Origin: a virus
Virus record (IMG/VR): IMGVR_UViG_3300030329_003597
Coordinates: 2,676 to 66,675 of that record
DNA: 64,000 bases
Direction: 5' to 3' (one strand)
Both the position numbers and the translations under genes were made by a program. Positions 26,670 through 37,919 of the stretch are shown here, piece after piece (within the stretch, counting starts at the first letter, position 1; every line of letters starts with the position of its first letter). Below the pieces are notes generated by a model. It was not told the DNA's origin, searched no databases, and saw nothing but the letters and a program-made list of their open reading frames with translations.

Positions 26670-27956
26670 ATGAAGTTTTTCCTATTCAATATAAATGAAC
26701 CTACTGAAGGAAGCGAAAGAGCTTCAGACTCTGGTATAGGAGTAAGTACTTTCTGTGTGCCAGTAGACAAACTATGCAATATTACATCCTCTAAAGGATT
26801 TATTAATATGACGTTTGATAATGCTGGAATTTATGATGAAGCCCTTGTGAGGCCTGGAGAAGCTTTAAATAAAGTAAATGTTACTATAGCTTCTGATGAA
26901 AATCAAGAAGTACTATTAATAAAAAGTATTTTAAACTTTATAAGCGTAGAATCTGCTCAAAAGATTTTAACTTTTGATATTGTAGAAAAAACTTCTTTAT
27001 TTAGTGCAGCTAAAATAGAATCTATATCTGACATAAAGCTTAAAATACCAACTATGCCTATTAACATGGAAACAGGTAGGTTGTCTGCTGGTTCAGCTTC
27101 TGATGAATATCAAGATACTATTGCAGGTATAAATTTCCATGGCAATTTACCATCTCTTGACTTTAACCATGAAGGATTAGACTCTTTTGCTGATACGGCT
27201 GAAATAACATCATGGCGTAACGCAGGGACTGGTGGAGTTACTTACAGTATAGCTAGTAATGTAGGAACACCTAGTTGTGAAACTGATGCTGCAACAAGTG
27301 GGATAAATCAAAAATCAGTTTACCTACAGTTTGGAGAGAATTTTGTAATCCCTAATGCATTTAGTGTTAGAGGTGATTATACCTTATATTGCGTATTAGG
27401 GGCTTCAATTAGAGCAATGGTTTTATATGGTGACTCAGCAGGGGAAACAATGGGATTTGGAGGGGGTATGGTAAGTGGAGCTATAGATGACGCAAATGAT
27501 GTAAGCCCTAAAGCTCATTCTTTTACTGTTAGACATAGCGGAATGACTGGAGCTGCTGCTACTGTGCAGACAGACAATACAGATAATGGAACTATTAGTT
27601 ACAGATGGCCAGACTACTACGAAAGCGAACAAGATGTATCTAAAATGGATGTTGATGTGTGGATTATTAGAAGGGATAAAGACTATAATATATTTTTACA
27701 TAATAGAGATGGCGATATTATAGGATTTATACCAGCTAAAACTGAGTTTTTAGACGATACTTTATTAGCAACAACTCCAGGCAGAACAGATGGTGATTTA
27801 CTAATACAAGAGTTGGGAACAAGCGGTAGTGTTACTACAGCTTCATTTGCCTACTTTAGAGGATATATATCAAGATTTGGAGTAATACCTAATGATATAG
27901 GTGCTGCTAAGTCTGCTACATTAGCACAAGATTTATTTAAATTTTATAACCCTTAA
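26670..27956 (+). CDS. putative head fibre with ConA/LamG-like domain
   Basis: 428 aa; ITSWRNAGTGG...FRGYISRFGV pattern. Confidence 0.55.
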   Translation: MKFFLFNINEPTEGSERASDSGIGVSTFCVPVDKLCNITSSKGFINMTFDNAGIYDEALVRPGEALNKVNVTIASDENQEVLLIKSILNFISVESAQKILTFDIVEKTSLFSAAKIESISDIKLKIPTMPINMETGRLSAGSASDEYQDTIAGINFHGNLPSLDFNHEGLDSFADTAEITSWRNAGTGGVTYSIASNVGTPSCETDAATSGINQKSVYLQFGENFVIPNAFSVRGDYTLYCVLGASIRAMVLYGDSAGETMGFGGGMVSGAIDDANDVSPKAHSFTVRHSGMTGAAATVQTDNTDNGTISYRWPDYYESEQDVSKMDVDVWIIRRDKDYNIFLHNRDGDIIGFIPAKTEFLDDTLLATTPGRTDGDLLIQELGTSGSVTTASFAYFRGYISRFGVIPNDIGAAKSATLAQDLFKFYNP

Positions 27957-27968
27957 TTTATTTTAATA

Positions 27969-28829
27969 ATGGAAACAAAAACAAAAAGGTCTGCTGGGCG
28001 ACCTAAACCCCAGGTAAAAGCAGTTGAAGAAACTGTAGTAGAAACGCCAGTAATGGAAGCCCCACCAAAGGCTTCTACTAAGAAAAAAAAGATTATTAGG
28101 CGTGAAGTTGAGACTAATAAAGCTACTGAATTTGAAATTATAAAAGGTGGTGGTATAGTATTTATGTTACCTCAAAAAGGTGTTACTATATACGATAAAG
28201 AAATGGACACTGTAAGAGAAATTAGATATTGTCCTAATGAACCATCTATATTTGTTGATGAACAATCAGATAACGCTTTACGTAGTACTGTAGCATTTAG
28301 GGATGGCAAGATATTTGTCCCTAGAGAAAAACCCAACCTTAAGGCTTTTTTAGAAATACATCCAGCAAACAAAGCTAATGGCGGGAGCGTCTTCCGTGAA
28401 ATTAATAAAAGAAAAGAATCCTTAGAGGAATTAGAAAAAGAGTTCTTAGTTAATGACGCTATCTCTATTGTTAGAGATAGAGATATTAACGATCTTTTAG
28501 CTATATCTATGTACTTCGGGATTAATATTAATGCCCCAGTTTCTGAGATAAGGTACAATCTTTTAAGAATTGCTAAGTCTAAGCCATCTGAATTTATGCA
28601 ATCTCTTGACTCCCCTCAAGTTTCTTGCAGGTCTACAATTCAGCAAGCTAAAGAGTATCAAATCTTAAACTTAAAGAAAGATGGTGTTTATTGGTTCGAT
28701 TCTAATAAACTTATTGTATCTGTTCCTGTAGGTCAAGATGCTATTGATACCATGGTGAGGTTCTGCTTAACAGAAAAAGGTGCATCTACTTTAAGCCTTA
28801 TAGAAGAGAGATTAGATAAACTATCATAA
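27969..28829 (+). CDS. conserved virion-assembly-region protein
   Basis: 286 aa; REIRYCPNEPSIFVDEQ and FLEIHPANKANGG motifs; between capsid and ring genes. Confidence 0.7.
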   Translation: METKTKRSAGRPKPQVKAVEETVVETPVMEAPPKASTKKKKIIRREVETNKATEFEIIKGGGIVFMLPQKGVTIYDKEMDTVREIRYCPNEPSIFVDEQSDNALRSTVAFRDGKIFVPREKPNLKAFLEIHPANKANGGSVFREINKRKESLEELEKEFLVNDAISIVRDRDINDLLAISMYFGININAPVSEIRYNLLRIAKSKPSEFMQSLDSPQVSCRSTIQQAKEYQILNLKKDGVYWFDSNKLIVSVPVGQDAIDTMVRFCLTEKGASTLSLIEERLDKLS

Positions 28830-28851
28830 TTCATAATTACACTATTAAAAG

Positions 28852-28875
28852 GCCGCCTAAACAGGCGGCTTTTTT
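28852..28875 (+). terminator. intrinsic terminator
   Basis: GCCGCCT-AAAC-AGGCGGC followed by T6. Confidence 0.9.
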
Positions 28876-28881
28876 ATTTAG

Positions 28882-28889
28882 TATATTTG
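28882..28889 (+). promoter_or_regulatory. late promoter -7 box, TATATTTG
   Basis: After the terminator, 4 nt before ATG 28894. Confidence 0.7.
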
Positions 28890-28893
28890 TGTT

Positions 28894-29682
28894 ATGATAA
28901 ACATTATAGATGTATATAACGCTGTAAGAGACTTATGTAATAAAGATCAAAGAGGTTTTGTAACCCCAGAGGTTTTTAGCACATTTGCAGGCATTGCACA
29001 ACAGAATGTTTTTAACGAGATGTTTTCTGAATTACCTTTAGCTAATAAGGCTAGACAGGGTGGGTTAGATCCAGCTCGTGATAAGTCTTTATATAAAATG
29101 ATAGAGGAAGACTTAGCTTACTTCATAGAGCAAAGAGAGTTAAGTGATGCACAGCCAAACCCTCCTGAAGGGTGGGAGCCAGAAGAAGAAGATGGTGAAT
29201 GGGTAGATCCAGCTAACGATGACGCTAGTATTTTTAGTAAACCTACTGATCTAGCTAGAATAATATCTATTAGGAGAATGGATAACGCAACTTCATTAGA
29301 TTTAGTTTACAATTCTGAAACATCGGAAAGGATAATTAATAGCAATTTGTCAGCCCCAACAGCAGAATTTCCTGTAGCTATTATATCTAGATACATAGAG
29401 ATCTTCCCATATGATCTTAACTCTGTAATACTTAAATATTATAGACAGCCTAAATCTATTAATGCTTATACTGGAGAGGTAGATCTTAACTCTACTCCAA
29501 TATATATGGAAATGGAAATGGGAGCTGCTATTACCGTTCCAGACATGTTAAATTCTAGGCATTTTGAATTGCCAGATCATTATAAAAACGAAGTTATTAT
29601 TGAGATAACTAAAATGATAGGTATTAGATTAAGAGATAACTATCTTAGTTCTTTCAGTATAGCAGAAGAACAAGCTGAGTAA
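28894..29682 (+). CDS. tail ring/tubular protein
   Basis: NKDQRGFVTPEVF...YYRQPK...FELP pattern of podovirus ring proteins. Confidence 0.7.
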   Translation: MINIIDVYNAVRDLCNKDQRGFVTPEVFSTFAGIAQQNVFNEMFSELPLANKARQGGLDPARDKSLYKMIEEDLAYFIEQRELSDAQPNPPEGWEPEEEDGEWVDPANDDASIFSKPTDLARIISIRRMDNATSLDLVYNSETSERIINSNLSAPTAEFPVAIISRYIEIFPYDLNSVILKYYRQPKSINAYTGEVDLNSTPIYMEMEMGAAITVPDMLNSRHFELPDHYKNEVIIEITKMIGIRLRDNYLSSFSIAEEQAE

Positions 29683-30548
29683 TGCCATTTGTAGATATAT
29701 CAAATAATGGGATGAATTATATCACCCTACGTCAATTAATAAATGATTATATTATCACTTTAGATGGTGATGATTTTGCTAGTAACGCATCAGATGCTGC
29801 TATAAGAAACTTTGCTTTAAGAGGTATTCGTGAGTTTGGATTTGATGTTACATCAAGAGTTAAGTCTATAAAAAGAACTATAAATAGCAATAGCACTATT
29901 GATTTGCCAGACGACTATGTAGATATAGTTAAAATGGGACAAGTAGATGGCGATGGGATATTAAGAGTATTTAGGCAAAATAAAAACATTAATTATTCTC
30001 AAAGGATTTTTCAAGAAGACGGCATGGATACTACTTCTACATCTGATAGTGATGAAGGTCCTCTTGATATACCTAATAACCTTATACTTAACAGAGAAGA
30101 TGATAAATCTTCTACATCTGGTGGTGGAGCTGACGCAGGGGATTTAGATTTTTATATATTTGAAAACTATGTTCATCAGGGAGGTTTAGGTCAGTTATAT
30201 GGTGCTGGAGGTGCTCACGCTCCTGGACAGTATAGAATAAACCTAGATCAAAATAGAATAGAAATTGAGACAGGTTCTGGAACTGGAGATATCGTTTTAG
30301 AATATATCTCTGATGAAGCTAGGTCTACAAACCCAGTAATACATGTGTATGCAGAAGAGGCCTTAAGGTGTTATATATATTATAAGCTTTGTGAAAGAAA
30401 ATCTACGATTCCTGCTAATGAGAAGACTAGGGCTAGAGCTGAGTATTATAACGAGAGAAGAAAAGCAAAAGCTAGATTGTCAAACTTTAGCAAAGAGGAA
30501 GCGCTTAAGACTATTCGTAAAAACTTTATGCAGGCACCTAAGTATTAA
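29682..30548 (+). CDS. tail ring/adaptor protein
   Basis: LPDDYVDIVK, IVLEYISD, AEEALRCYI motifs. Confidence 0.7.
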   Translation: MPFVDISNNGMNYITLRQLINDYIITLDGDDFASNASDAAIRNFALRGIREFGFDVTSRVKSIKRTINSNSTIDLPDDYVDIVKMGQVDGDGILRVFRQNKNINYSQRIFQEDGMDTTSTSDSDEGPLDIPNNLILNREDDKSSTSGGGADAGDLDFYIFENYVHQGGLGQLYGAGGAHAPGQYRINLDQNRIEIETGSGTGDIVLEYISDEARSTNPVIHVYAEEALRCYIYYKLCERKSTIPANEKTRARAEYYNERRKAKARLSNFSKEEALKTIRKNFMQAPKY

Positions 30549-33500
30549 TGATAGATAAAGTAACACCACAGAGTTTAAATCAAGACTCAGACTCAAGAGT
30601 TAGGCCTTCAAATCAAATGATTGATGCGCTTAACCTTGTTTTTGAAGATAGCTTTAAAAATACCCCTATGACTGCTGGGGGAGCTAATAATGATTTTTCA
30701 GGAGATTATGCTGCAATAAAGCCATTACCTTCGAATAGAGACATAGAAGATATATTAGATTTAGATGACAACTATTTTGTTGATGATGACAGTAGGATCC
30801 GTGTTATTGGCTCAGTTACTGATGATGTTTTAAATGTTATTTACTTTTTTGTTTGGTCAGATGACGTAGATCAAATGGGTGTTTGGGCTTGGGATAGAGA
30901 TGCTATTTTGCCAGGAAACAATTTACCAGGATCTTACATAAAAGTATATACGTCTGAAAAATTTAATTTCCCTAGTGATGGATTTGTAAAAGGTGATGTT
31001 GTTCATATCGGTCAGAGATATGAATCAACGGGGGCAGCATCAGCGTTTATGCCTGCTACGGACCAAACTAATATTGGAGGAGCCGACATTAGTTATAGCT
31101 ACGATAAAAATGTAATTTTATATTTTACTGACAATAGAAATGAGCCCAAAAAGTTAGATGTATTTAGGGCTATGACATATGAAACATATATTGAACAACA
31201 ATATGATGATTATGATGAATTAGATTTTATTACTGCTTGTCCTAAAACCCCTTTAGATCCTATAACATTTGAGTTTGATATAGATCCTAATAGGTCAATC
31301 TCTCATTTTGTTGATATACCAGGAATGATATTTGCTTATCAGCATTTATATATAGGTGGCGTTGAAAGCGCTATTTCTACTCATTCTAAGTTAGCTGTCC
31401 CTAGAGGCCTTGTGTCTCAAGGAGTTAATACTGGAGTTACTGTTCAAGAAAATGTTTGCATATTAACTATTCCAGAAGTTTCACCACAAAACGAAAATAT
31501 TGTTAATAGAACAAAAGAGATTGAAAAAATAAGGATTCTTGTTAGGTTTGGTAATACTGGTGTGTTTAAAACTATTGATGAGATTGATCCAGTTCAATTA
31601 GGAGGGTTATTACCTGGCTATAGATTCTATAATGACAGAGTGTTAGTTTCTGTAGCCAGAAGAACTATTAATAAAAACTATGACAATTTACCTAGAGTAG
31701 CTCAAGCTCAAACTGTAATTAATGATAGGCTTGTATATGGTAACTATATAGAAGGATATGATGAGGTGGATGTTGATGCTACAATAAGCGCTATATATAA
31801 ACCAGAAAATGCTAATTTTCTTGATTTAGATATTAAGGTAACTGAATTTATTTCTGAACATACAAACTCTCCTGTAGTTTCTATTATGGGTAATCAAAGA
31901 GTCGCTGGATTTAAAATATCATTAGCTGAACTTCCAGATGCAATTCCTGAAGGCAGCGTGTTTAATTTAAGCTTTACGTGTAGGCCTGAAAGAGGGTTTC
32001 ATATATACAATCAATCTAGATCTTTTCATGGGAGCTCATTTAAGGGGGATATAAGAAATCCAGAAGAATATGCTTCATTTGGCGAAGATGCCGATTTTAA
32101 CAAGAATATTGATGGTGGAATTGTCAATGATTTTTATAAAAATGGTCTTTCTTTTTTTGGTAAAAATGAAGGCGTAAAGTTTATTGATCCAGACGATCCA
32201 AGCGGAGCATTATTATTTAATAAGTGGAGGTTTGATAATCCTACAGCACCTGCTGGTATAGAAGAACAAGAAGTAGTTTATGGGACTTCTGCAGCTAATC
32301 CGTTTATCATACAGAGCGGTCTTATGCAATTTGGCCTTACATTTTCTACTAATTATGGGGTGATGCAAGGTGGAAAAGATTTAATAAAGGAGGTAATTGC
32401 AGCTATATTTACTGGATCTCCATTACCAGAACCTGCGGGCGTGCCTTTTGCTCAAATACTTGGAGAACCTACAACCGAAACTGAATATGCATTTGATTTA
32501 GGGTTGGATCAAAATGGATCTAAAATTATGGTAGCCAATATGAATGGAGCTCAAGATGGTCTGTCTAGAAAAGATTTTGTCGTTGCTGTTGGCCATAAAG
32601 ATCATATATTTAATAATGGCCCAGAGAACGTCCCCCCTACAGGATATTTTATAATAAATAAAGCAACAGTTAGAATTGGTCTTGAGGTATTTCCCGATCT
32701 TAATCAAAGGTATCCTAATGATCCTGACGATATGTATGTAGGATTAGATATTAGAGAGATAAATGATGCTGAAATTAAAACGTGTATACCTCATATAAGG
32801 AAAGATTACATGGAATTTGCATCAAATGAAGATGATCCATATACCCCCGTTCTAGATGAAAATATGGAAGGAGGGTGGCAATGGCTAAATGAACAGGCTT
32901 TAATTGATGCGTACACCTGGATGACCTCTAGTGGTGCAAAAAAATTCCAAGCGGTAGGTATTTGGAATAATCTTTATATTGATTATTGGAAAACGTATTC
33001 TAGAAGTTATGTAGCGTCTTATGACGTAGAGACAATATTAGGTACTCCTGGTTCAAGCAATAATAATATATTCTTTTGGCGAGACTCAGAAATTCAAGAT
33101 GAATATGGATCCATTCAAGCTGACACTGGTGTAAACCTTACTGTTGGGACAATGCTTGGTTGGTTACAGCAACAACAAAACATAGAGCAACAGTTTCTAC
33201 CTGATTTTAGCTTTGCATCTCAACAAGCTAGTGAAACATGGAGGTTTAGAGTTGGTGGCTATTTAATAGGGCCTGGAGGAAATGCAAATACCCCAGTTCA
33301 ATTAATAAACTTTTCAGAAGAAATAGAGGATAAATATGAGGATTTAATGCAGTCATATATTGAAGGCAACTATCCTACTTATCCTGACCAATATAATATG
33401 TGGGAAGTGTCAGAATTTTGGTCAAGCAATATGCAAATAAAGCCTTTATGTCGTTTTAGTTTAATAGACGGTATAACTTCTGGAATGGGAGGCAGGAGGT

Positions 33501-36500
33501 GGGGTACTGTTCAACACCAACACGGCGAGCATCCTGAGACTGGAGCCCCTTTAATGCAGTGGCTAACAAGTATTCCTGCTCAAGGAAGTGTAAGCGGGCA
33601 AATAGCTTGGAGTGGACAAATACGTCAACGATTTCAGATACAATTACTAAATCTACCAGGAGCGTACTGGGGTAATGATACAGGATTTGGCATTCAACAT
33701 TTATCTGCTTGGCATTTAGAGTTTTTTTCTAATACTTCTTTTACTAGTCATATTGCTAGATTTAGTATTGAGGCGAGTAGCAATTTTGATGGAAGTGATT
33801 CTACTTGGAGTGATCCAACTTATGATTGGAGTGAAGGTGACATGAAATATATAACAGGTTTACCTCATGGGGGTCCTGGACAGTGGTATTTTACATCTTG
33901 GTATGAACAAATAGCAGATAATTATGCTGATTTTGCTACAACTGCTCTTGGTTTTGGGCTTGGGGCGGTGGATTATCAATCAAACGCTTGGGTAGAAATA
34001 AATACTCTTAGTCAGTTTGTAGAGTTAGGAGCTGAGTATGGTCATTTTGGATCATTTAAAAGTAAAGCTAATCATGAGTTTGCTGTTGTATATTACGATG
34101 AAAGGGGAAGAGCTGGGTTTGCTAATTATTTAGGAAATTTATATGTTGCTGGATATTCGTCTCAAGATATTGACAGGAATGGTTTTCAAGGTAGGGTAGA
34201 GGTTGAGATACGAATTTTAAATGATCCACCAGAATGGGCTCATAAATATCAAATTGTATATTCTGGAAATACAACGTATGATAATTTTATACAGTATACT
34301 ACTGGTGGAGCAACCGCAGAAAGACCACAAACGGGCGAATATATTACTAGTGATCAAGGAGTAATACACGTTAATTTAGGTTATCTACAGGGTAGTAATA
34401 TGATCTCATACTCTTCTGCTTATGGCGCTGTAAATAAAGAAGGGGGCAAGGATTTATATACATACAAAGAGGGGGATCAATTAAGAATACTTTCATATAG
34501 TCAAGGGGGAAGCGAAGAAAGATTTTATCCTCATGAATATGTTTTTGATATTTTGGGAGTACAACTTACATCAAAAGTACCAAGTGAAAATCCTTATCAT
34601 GCAGCTGTTTATAGTACAGATGGAGATGAAGGCACTGTTGATAGTAATTTAATTGGGCAATTCTTAATGTTAAGAAATAATCCTTCAACAGGAGGGTTTT
34701 CATATGATTCCGTTATTTCTGGCGAGCATTTATGGAATAACGGAACTATAGTTGAAATTTTTTCTAGGAAAAAGGGTAAAGACGAAGATGATAGAATTTA
34801 TTACGAAATAGGTGAAGTCTTTAATGTGATAAGAGATGATAATGGAAATCGTTACCATGAAACAAACCCTATTTTATTAAAAGATGGTGATATTTTTTAT
34901 AGAAAAGTTGCATTAAATTACCCCCCATTTGAAAATGGTCAATATGTTAATATCATTAACAATAACAGAAAAACCCCTAACTTTGTAAATTATTGGTTAG
35001 AATCTGAGACGTTTACCGATAAGCTTCCAGGATCTGATTCTAAAAATTTCGGTAAAGCTACATTTGTAGTTCCAGGAGCTACTGCAAGAAGGAAACTAGC
35101 TTCATTAATATATTCAGATAAAAATAATTACACTGCTAGGTTTAATAAATTTACAAACTTTAATGGTCCTGAATTAAACTTTAAAAATTTACCTAATGAG
35201 TATGGTGCTATAAATTACATATTAAACGATTACGATAATATTCTTGTTATACAAGAAAATAAAGCTAGTTCTGTTCCTGTTAGTAGAAATATTTTATCTA
35301 CAGCAGGCGGTAAAGAATCCTTAATAGCTTCAGATAAAATACTAGGTACGCAAAAGTATTATCCAGGAGATTATGGGGCTGACGGAAATCCAGAAAGCGT
35401 AACTAGAGCTGGAGAAAATGTATATTTTGCTCACAAAGGTAAAAGGCAAGTATATAAATGGAGTAGAGATAAAGGGGTGCAGGTTATATCTGATATTGGC
35501 ATGAAGTCCTATTTCAATAATATTTTTCAAAGGGCTATAGAGGATGAAGCTATGGGGGAAGGTCTAGTTAGAGTTGTAGGGGGATACGATCCATTAAGAG
35601 ATGAATTTATTTTATCCGTTCATAATATCCAAGATTTAAGAGAATATGAAAATGATTATGATCCTTTTGAGGAAGTTATAGATGATGATCCTGGTGGTGA
35701 TGATCCTGGGGGTGGTGACGATACTGATGAGTGTGACGAGTTGTGTGCTGAATTTCTTGTTGAAAGTAATAGCTCAATATTTACAAGCTCTATGGAATTT
35801 CAGCCTGGAGATCAGTTTCAAGTACATTATACAATAACGAATATTGGGGAGGGAATAGGAGGTTTTGCTAATGATGATTTTGCTTCTTATCCATTTAATC
35901 AAGAGGGTCAACCTACTGCTTATATGTTTGGAGACTGGATAGACTTTGTTGTTCAAGATGCAAGCGCTTTTGTTGTCTACCCTTCATATACTTATGATCC
36001 AGATAATGGTTCAATCCCTATAATGGATCAAGACCCAAATATAAATCTAACAACTATAGATCTTGGGTGGACAATAGAATATGAACCACCACTTAATGAG
36101 CAATTAGCATCTTACTATCCACAAAGTATACCTGCCGCTCCAGGTGGATGGCCATTATTATTCCCTGGAAACACGATGTCCCTTACAGTTACTTATCAGG
36201 TACCTATGGATTATACTCCTGGAGATTATAGTTTCTTTACATCGTTTAATTTTGCATCTTACGACATTGATTCATTTAATGCAGGATTTAACTTAAACCC
36301 TGATTATGGAATAGGAGGGTCAACAAGATATTTTGATATCCCCTGTTGTTACACTCAATCAAAAACAATTATTCATCGATTTACTGTCGATAAGCCACCA
36401 ACAGGCGGTGGCGGTCCTACATTGCCTTCAGATGATTATTCAGGCATTATTACTAATAATGATAATAAAAGATTAGGAAGTTCAGATGAAAAATCTATAA

Positions 36501-36646
36501 ATATATACGACACTAACGGTGATGGTGTTGTAAATCCTTTAGATATTATTGCTTCAGATCAAACAGAAAGAGAGAATCGTGAGGAACAAATAAATACCAA
36601 AACTACTGAGATAGAACAAGGAAAGGATAAAATAAGAAAGAAATGA
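30548..36646 (+). CDS. tail stabilization/muzzle protein (P22 gp10-like), N-terminal part with large insertions
   Basis: LNQDSD.R, LYFTDNRNEPKK, RLVYGNY, VVYYDERGR, NPESV...YFAH, GMKSYF, GGYDP motifs. Confidence 0.8.
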   Translation: MIDKVTPQSLNQDSDSRVRPSNQMIDALNLVFEDSFKNTPMTAGGANNDFSGDYAAIKPLPSNRDIEDILDLDDNYFVDDDSRIRVIGSVTDDVLNVIYFFVWSDDVDQMGVWAWDRDAILPGNNLPGSYIKVYTSEKFNFPSDGFVKGDVVHIGQRYESTGAASAFMPATDQTNIGGADISYSYDKNVILYFTDNRNEPKKLDVFRAMTYETYIEQQYDDYDELDFITACPKTPLDPITFEFDIDPNRSISHFVDIPGMIFAYQHLYIGGVESAISTHSKLAVPRGLVSQGVNTGVTVQENVCILTIPEVSPQNENIVNRTKEIEKIRILVRFGNTGVFKTIDEIDPVQLGGLLPGYRFYNDRVLVSVARRTINKNYDNLPRVAQAQTVINDRLVYGNYIEGYDEVDVDATISAIYKPENANFLDLDIKVTEFISEHTNSPVVSIMGNQRVAGFKISLAELPDAIPEGSVFNLSFTCRPERGFHIYNQSRSFHGSSFKGDIRNPEEYASFGEDADFNKNIDGGIVNDFYKNGLSFFGKNEGVKFIDPDDPSGALLFNKWRFDNPTAPAGIEEQEVVYGTSAANPFIIQSGLMQFGLTFSTNYGVMQGGKDLIKEVIAAIFTGSPLPEPAGVPFAQILGEPTTETEYAFDLGLDQNGSKIMVANMNGAQDGLSRKDFVVAVGHKDHIFNNGPENVPPTGYFIINKATVRIGLEVFPDLNQRYPNDPDDMYVGLDIREINDAEIKTCIPHIRKDYMEFASNEDDPYTPVLDENMEGGWQWLNEQALIDAYTWMTSSGAKKFQAVGIWNNLYIDYWKTYSRSYVASYDVETILGTPGSSNNNIFFWRDSEIQDEYGSIQADTGVNLTVGTMLGWLQQQQNIEQQFLPDFSFASQQASETWRFRVGGYLIGPGGNANTPVQLINFSEEIEDKYEDLMQSYIEGNYPTYPDQYNMWEVSEFWSSNMQIKPLCRFSLIDGITSGMGGRRWGTVQHQHGEHPETGAPLMQWLTSIPAQGSVSGQIAWSGQIRQRFQIQLLNLPGAYWGNDTGFGIQHLSAWHLEFFSNTSFTSHIARFSIEASSNFDGSDSTWSDPTYDWSEGDMKYITGLPHGGPGQWYFTSWYEQIADNYADFATTALGFGLGAVDYQSNAWVEINTLSQFVELGAEYGHFGSFKSKANHEFAVVYYDERGRAGFANYLGNLYVAGYSSQDIDRNGFQGRVEVEIRILNDPPEWAHKYQIVYSGNTTYDNFIQYTTGGATAERPQTGEYITSDQGVIHVNLGYLQGSNMISYSSAYGAVNKEGGKDLYTYKEGDQLRILSYSQGGSEERFYPHEYVFDILGVQLTSKVPSENPYHAAVYSTDGDEGTVDSNLIGQFLMLRNNPSTGGFSYDSVISGEHLWNNGTIVEIFSRKKGKDEDDRIYYEIGEVFNVIRDDNGNRYHETNPILLKDGDIFYRKVALNYPPFENGQYVNIINNNRKTPNFVNYWLESETFTDKLPGSDSKNFGKATFVVPGATARRKLASLIYSDKNNYTARFNKFTNFNGPELNFKNLPNEYGAINYILNDYDNILVIQENKASSVPVSRNILSTAGGKESLIASDKILGTQKYYPGDYGADGNPESVTRAGENVYFAHKGKRQVYKWSRDKGVQVISDIGMKSYFNNIFQRAIEDEAMGEGLVRVVGGYDPLRDEFILSVHNIQDLREYENDYDPFEEVIDDDPGGDDPGGGDDTDECDELCAEFLVESNSSIFTSSMEFQPGDQFQVHYTITNIGEGIGGFANDDFASYPFNQEGQPTAYMFGDWIDFVVQDASAFVVYPSYTYDPDNGSIPIMDQDPNINLTTIDLGWTIEYEPPLNEQLASYYPQSIPAAPGGWPLLFPGNTMSLTVTYQVPMDYTPGDYSFFTSFNFASYDIDSFNAGFNLNPDYGIGGSTRYFDIPCCYTQSKTIIHRFTVDKPPTGGGGPTLPSDDYSGIITNNDNKRLGSSDEKSINIYDTNGDGVVNPLDIIASDQTERENREEQINTKTTEIEQGKDKIRKK

Positions 36647-37914
36647 GACAGACTATAGCATTTAATAATAGCTTAGATTTTTGGAAAACTAGATACTCTT
36701 ACACGCCTTCATGTATGATGAATCTTAACAGATTATTTTTTACCTCTCCTAATCAAAAATTACCGCTTGATGGAAATAAAATGATTTGGAGACACAATGA
36801 CTCATCAAATGGTTTTAATACTTTTTATAATGAAGGTGGACATAATGGTCCATCTGCATTAGGAGTTAGTTTTAATGGGTATACAAATGCAAGTAGCACT
36901 TCAAGTGCTTCTAATTTAACGTCTAGCAATAAGATATACAAATCATTTTCCATACAAGGTGGAAATAATGTAGAAAATGTTCAAGGGGCTAGTTTGTTTA
37001 AGGTTAATAATAATTCTACAAACATCGCAGAAGATAGACATCTTATAGCTGATCTTCAATTTAAAGGGACTGCTATATATGGGGAGATAGGTAAAGAGGA
37101 TGCAATGTCTGGGATGAATATTAAAGCTATAGGTAGGATACGTAACGTATATAAATGGATGTCAATCGATCAGGATGGAAATAGTTATTGGAGGCATTTT
37201 ACAGGAGGGACTGCTGTTCAATCGTTAGTTGCTTTAGATGGCTTACATGTTGATGAAAATGGAAATAATGTAGCACCAGATTTGCCGTTTGTAACAGACG
37301 AACTTTATGCTTTTGAAATAGAATCATATATGTCCAACAATCCTATACCTTCAACGATAACTGGAGGTGATTTTAGTCAGTATGTTAAATTTTTTACTGG
37401 CAGGGCAAATGCCGATGGTACTGATATGCAATCTACTCCTTATACTACAATACCGTCTACTCCTCCATATCTACCTGCATTTGCTCAATATCAAGAAAAC
37501 TTTGCAGAGTCTGTTAATTTTGCAGATGGTCAAAATTATGGGAGTTATCTGTCATTTGGAGATCCTTATTTTGATGATAATAACGCTTTTAAAAAAGGAA
37601 ATTTTTTAATGATAAGGTATAATAGTTTAGCTACAACTCCACATGTTGCTTATGAAAACACTCCTGGTGCAAATGCGACAGCAAATAACTTTAGTGTTGC
37701 TGAGGGTGAGGATAATTTAGCGTTTCAGGGAAGAGAGGTGCTATTTGCTATGACTCCAGGGATTATAAATGGAGCAGACCCTCATGGGACATTTGCTGAC
37801 GCTTATGTTACATTAGGTAGTGCGGACTTTGAAGTAACATCTTTTAATGTAGAATATGAGCTAACAGAATACGATCACGGCGGAAGGTCGAGTAATCTTG
37901 TAAGTAAGAAATAA
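36643..37914 (+). CDS. probable C-terminal part of the muzzle protein
   Basis: TIAFN...WKTRYSYTP...IWRHN...NTFY...KIYKS motifs; ATGA coupling. Confidence 0.65.
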   Translation: MRQTIAFNNSLDFWKTRYSYTPSCMMNLNRLFFTSPNQKLPLDGNKMIWRHNDSSNGFNTFYNEGGHNGPSALGVSFNGYTNASSTSSASNLTSSNKIYKSFSIQGGNNVENVQGASLFKVNNNSTNIAEDRHLIADLQFKGTAIYGEIGKEDAMSGMNIKAIGRIRNVYKWMSIDQDGNSYWRHFTGGTAVQSLVALDGLHVDENGNNVAPDLPFVTDELYAFEIESYMSNNPIPSTITGGDFSQYVKFFTGRANADGTDMQSTPYTTIPSTPPYLPAFAQYQENFAESVNFADGQNYGSYLSFGDPYFDDNNAFKKGNFLMIRYNSLATTPHVAYENTPGANATANNFSVAEGEDNLAFQGREVLFAMTPGIINGADPHGTFADAYVTLGSADFEVTSFNVEYELTEYDHGGRSSNLVSKK

Positions 37915-37919
37915 TTCCG

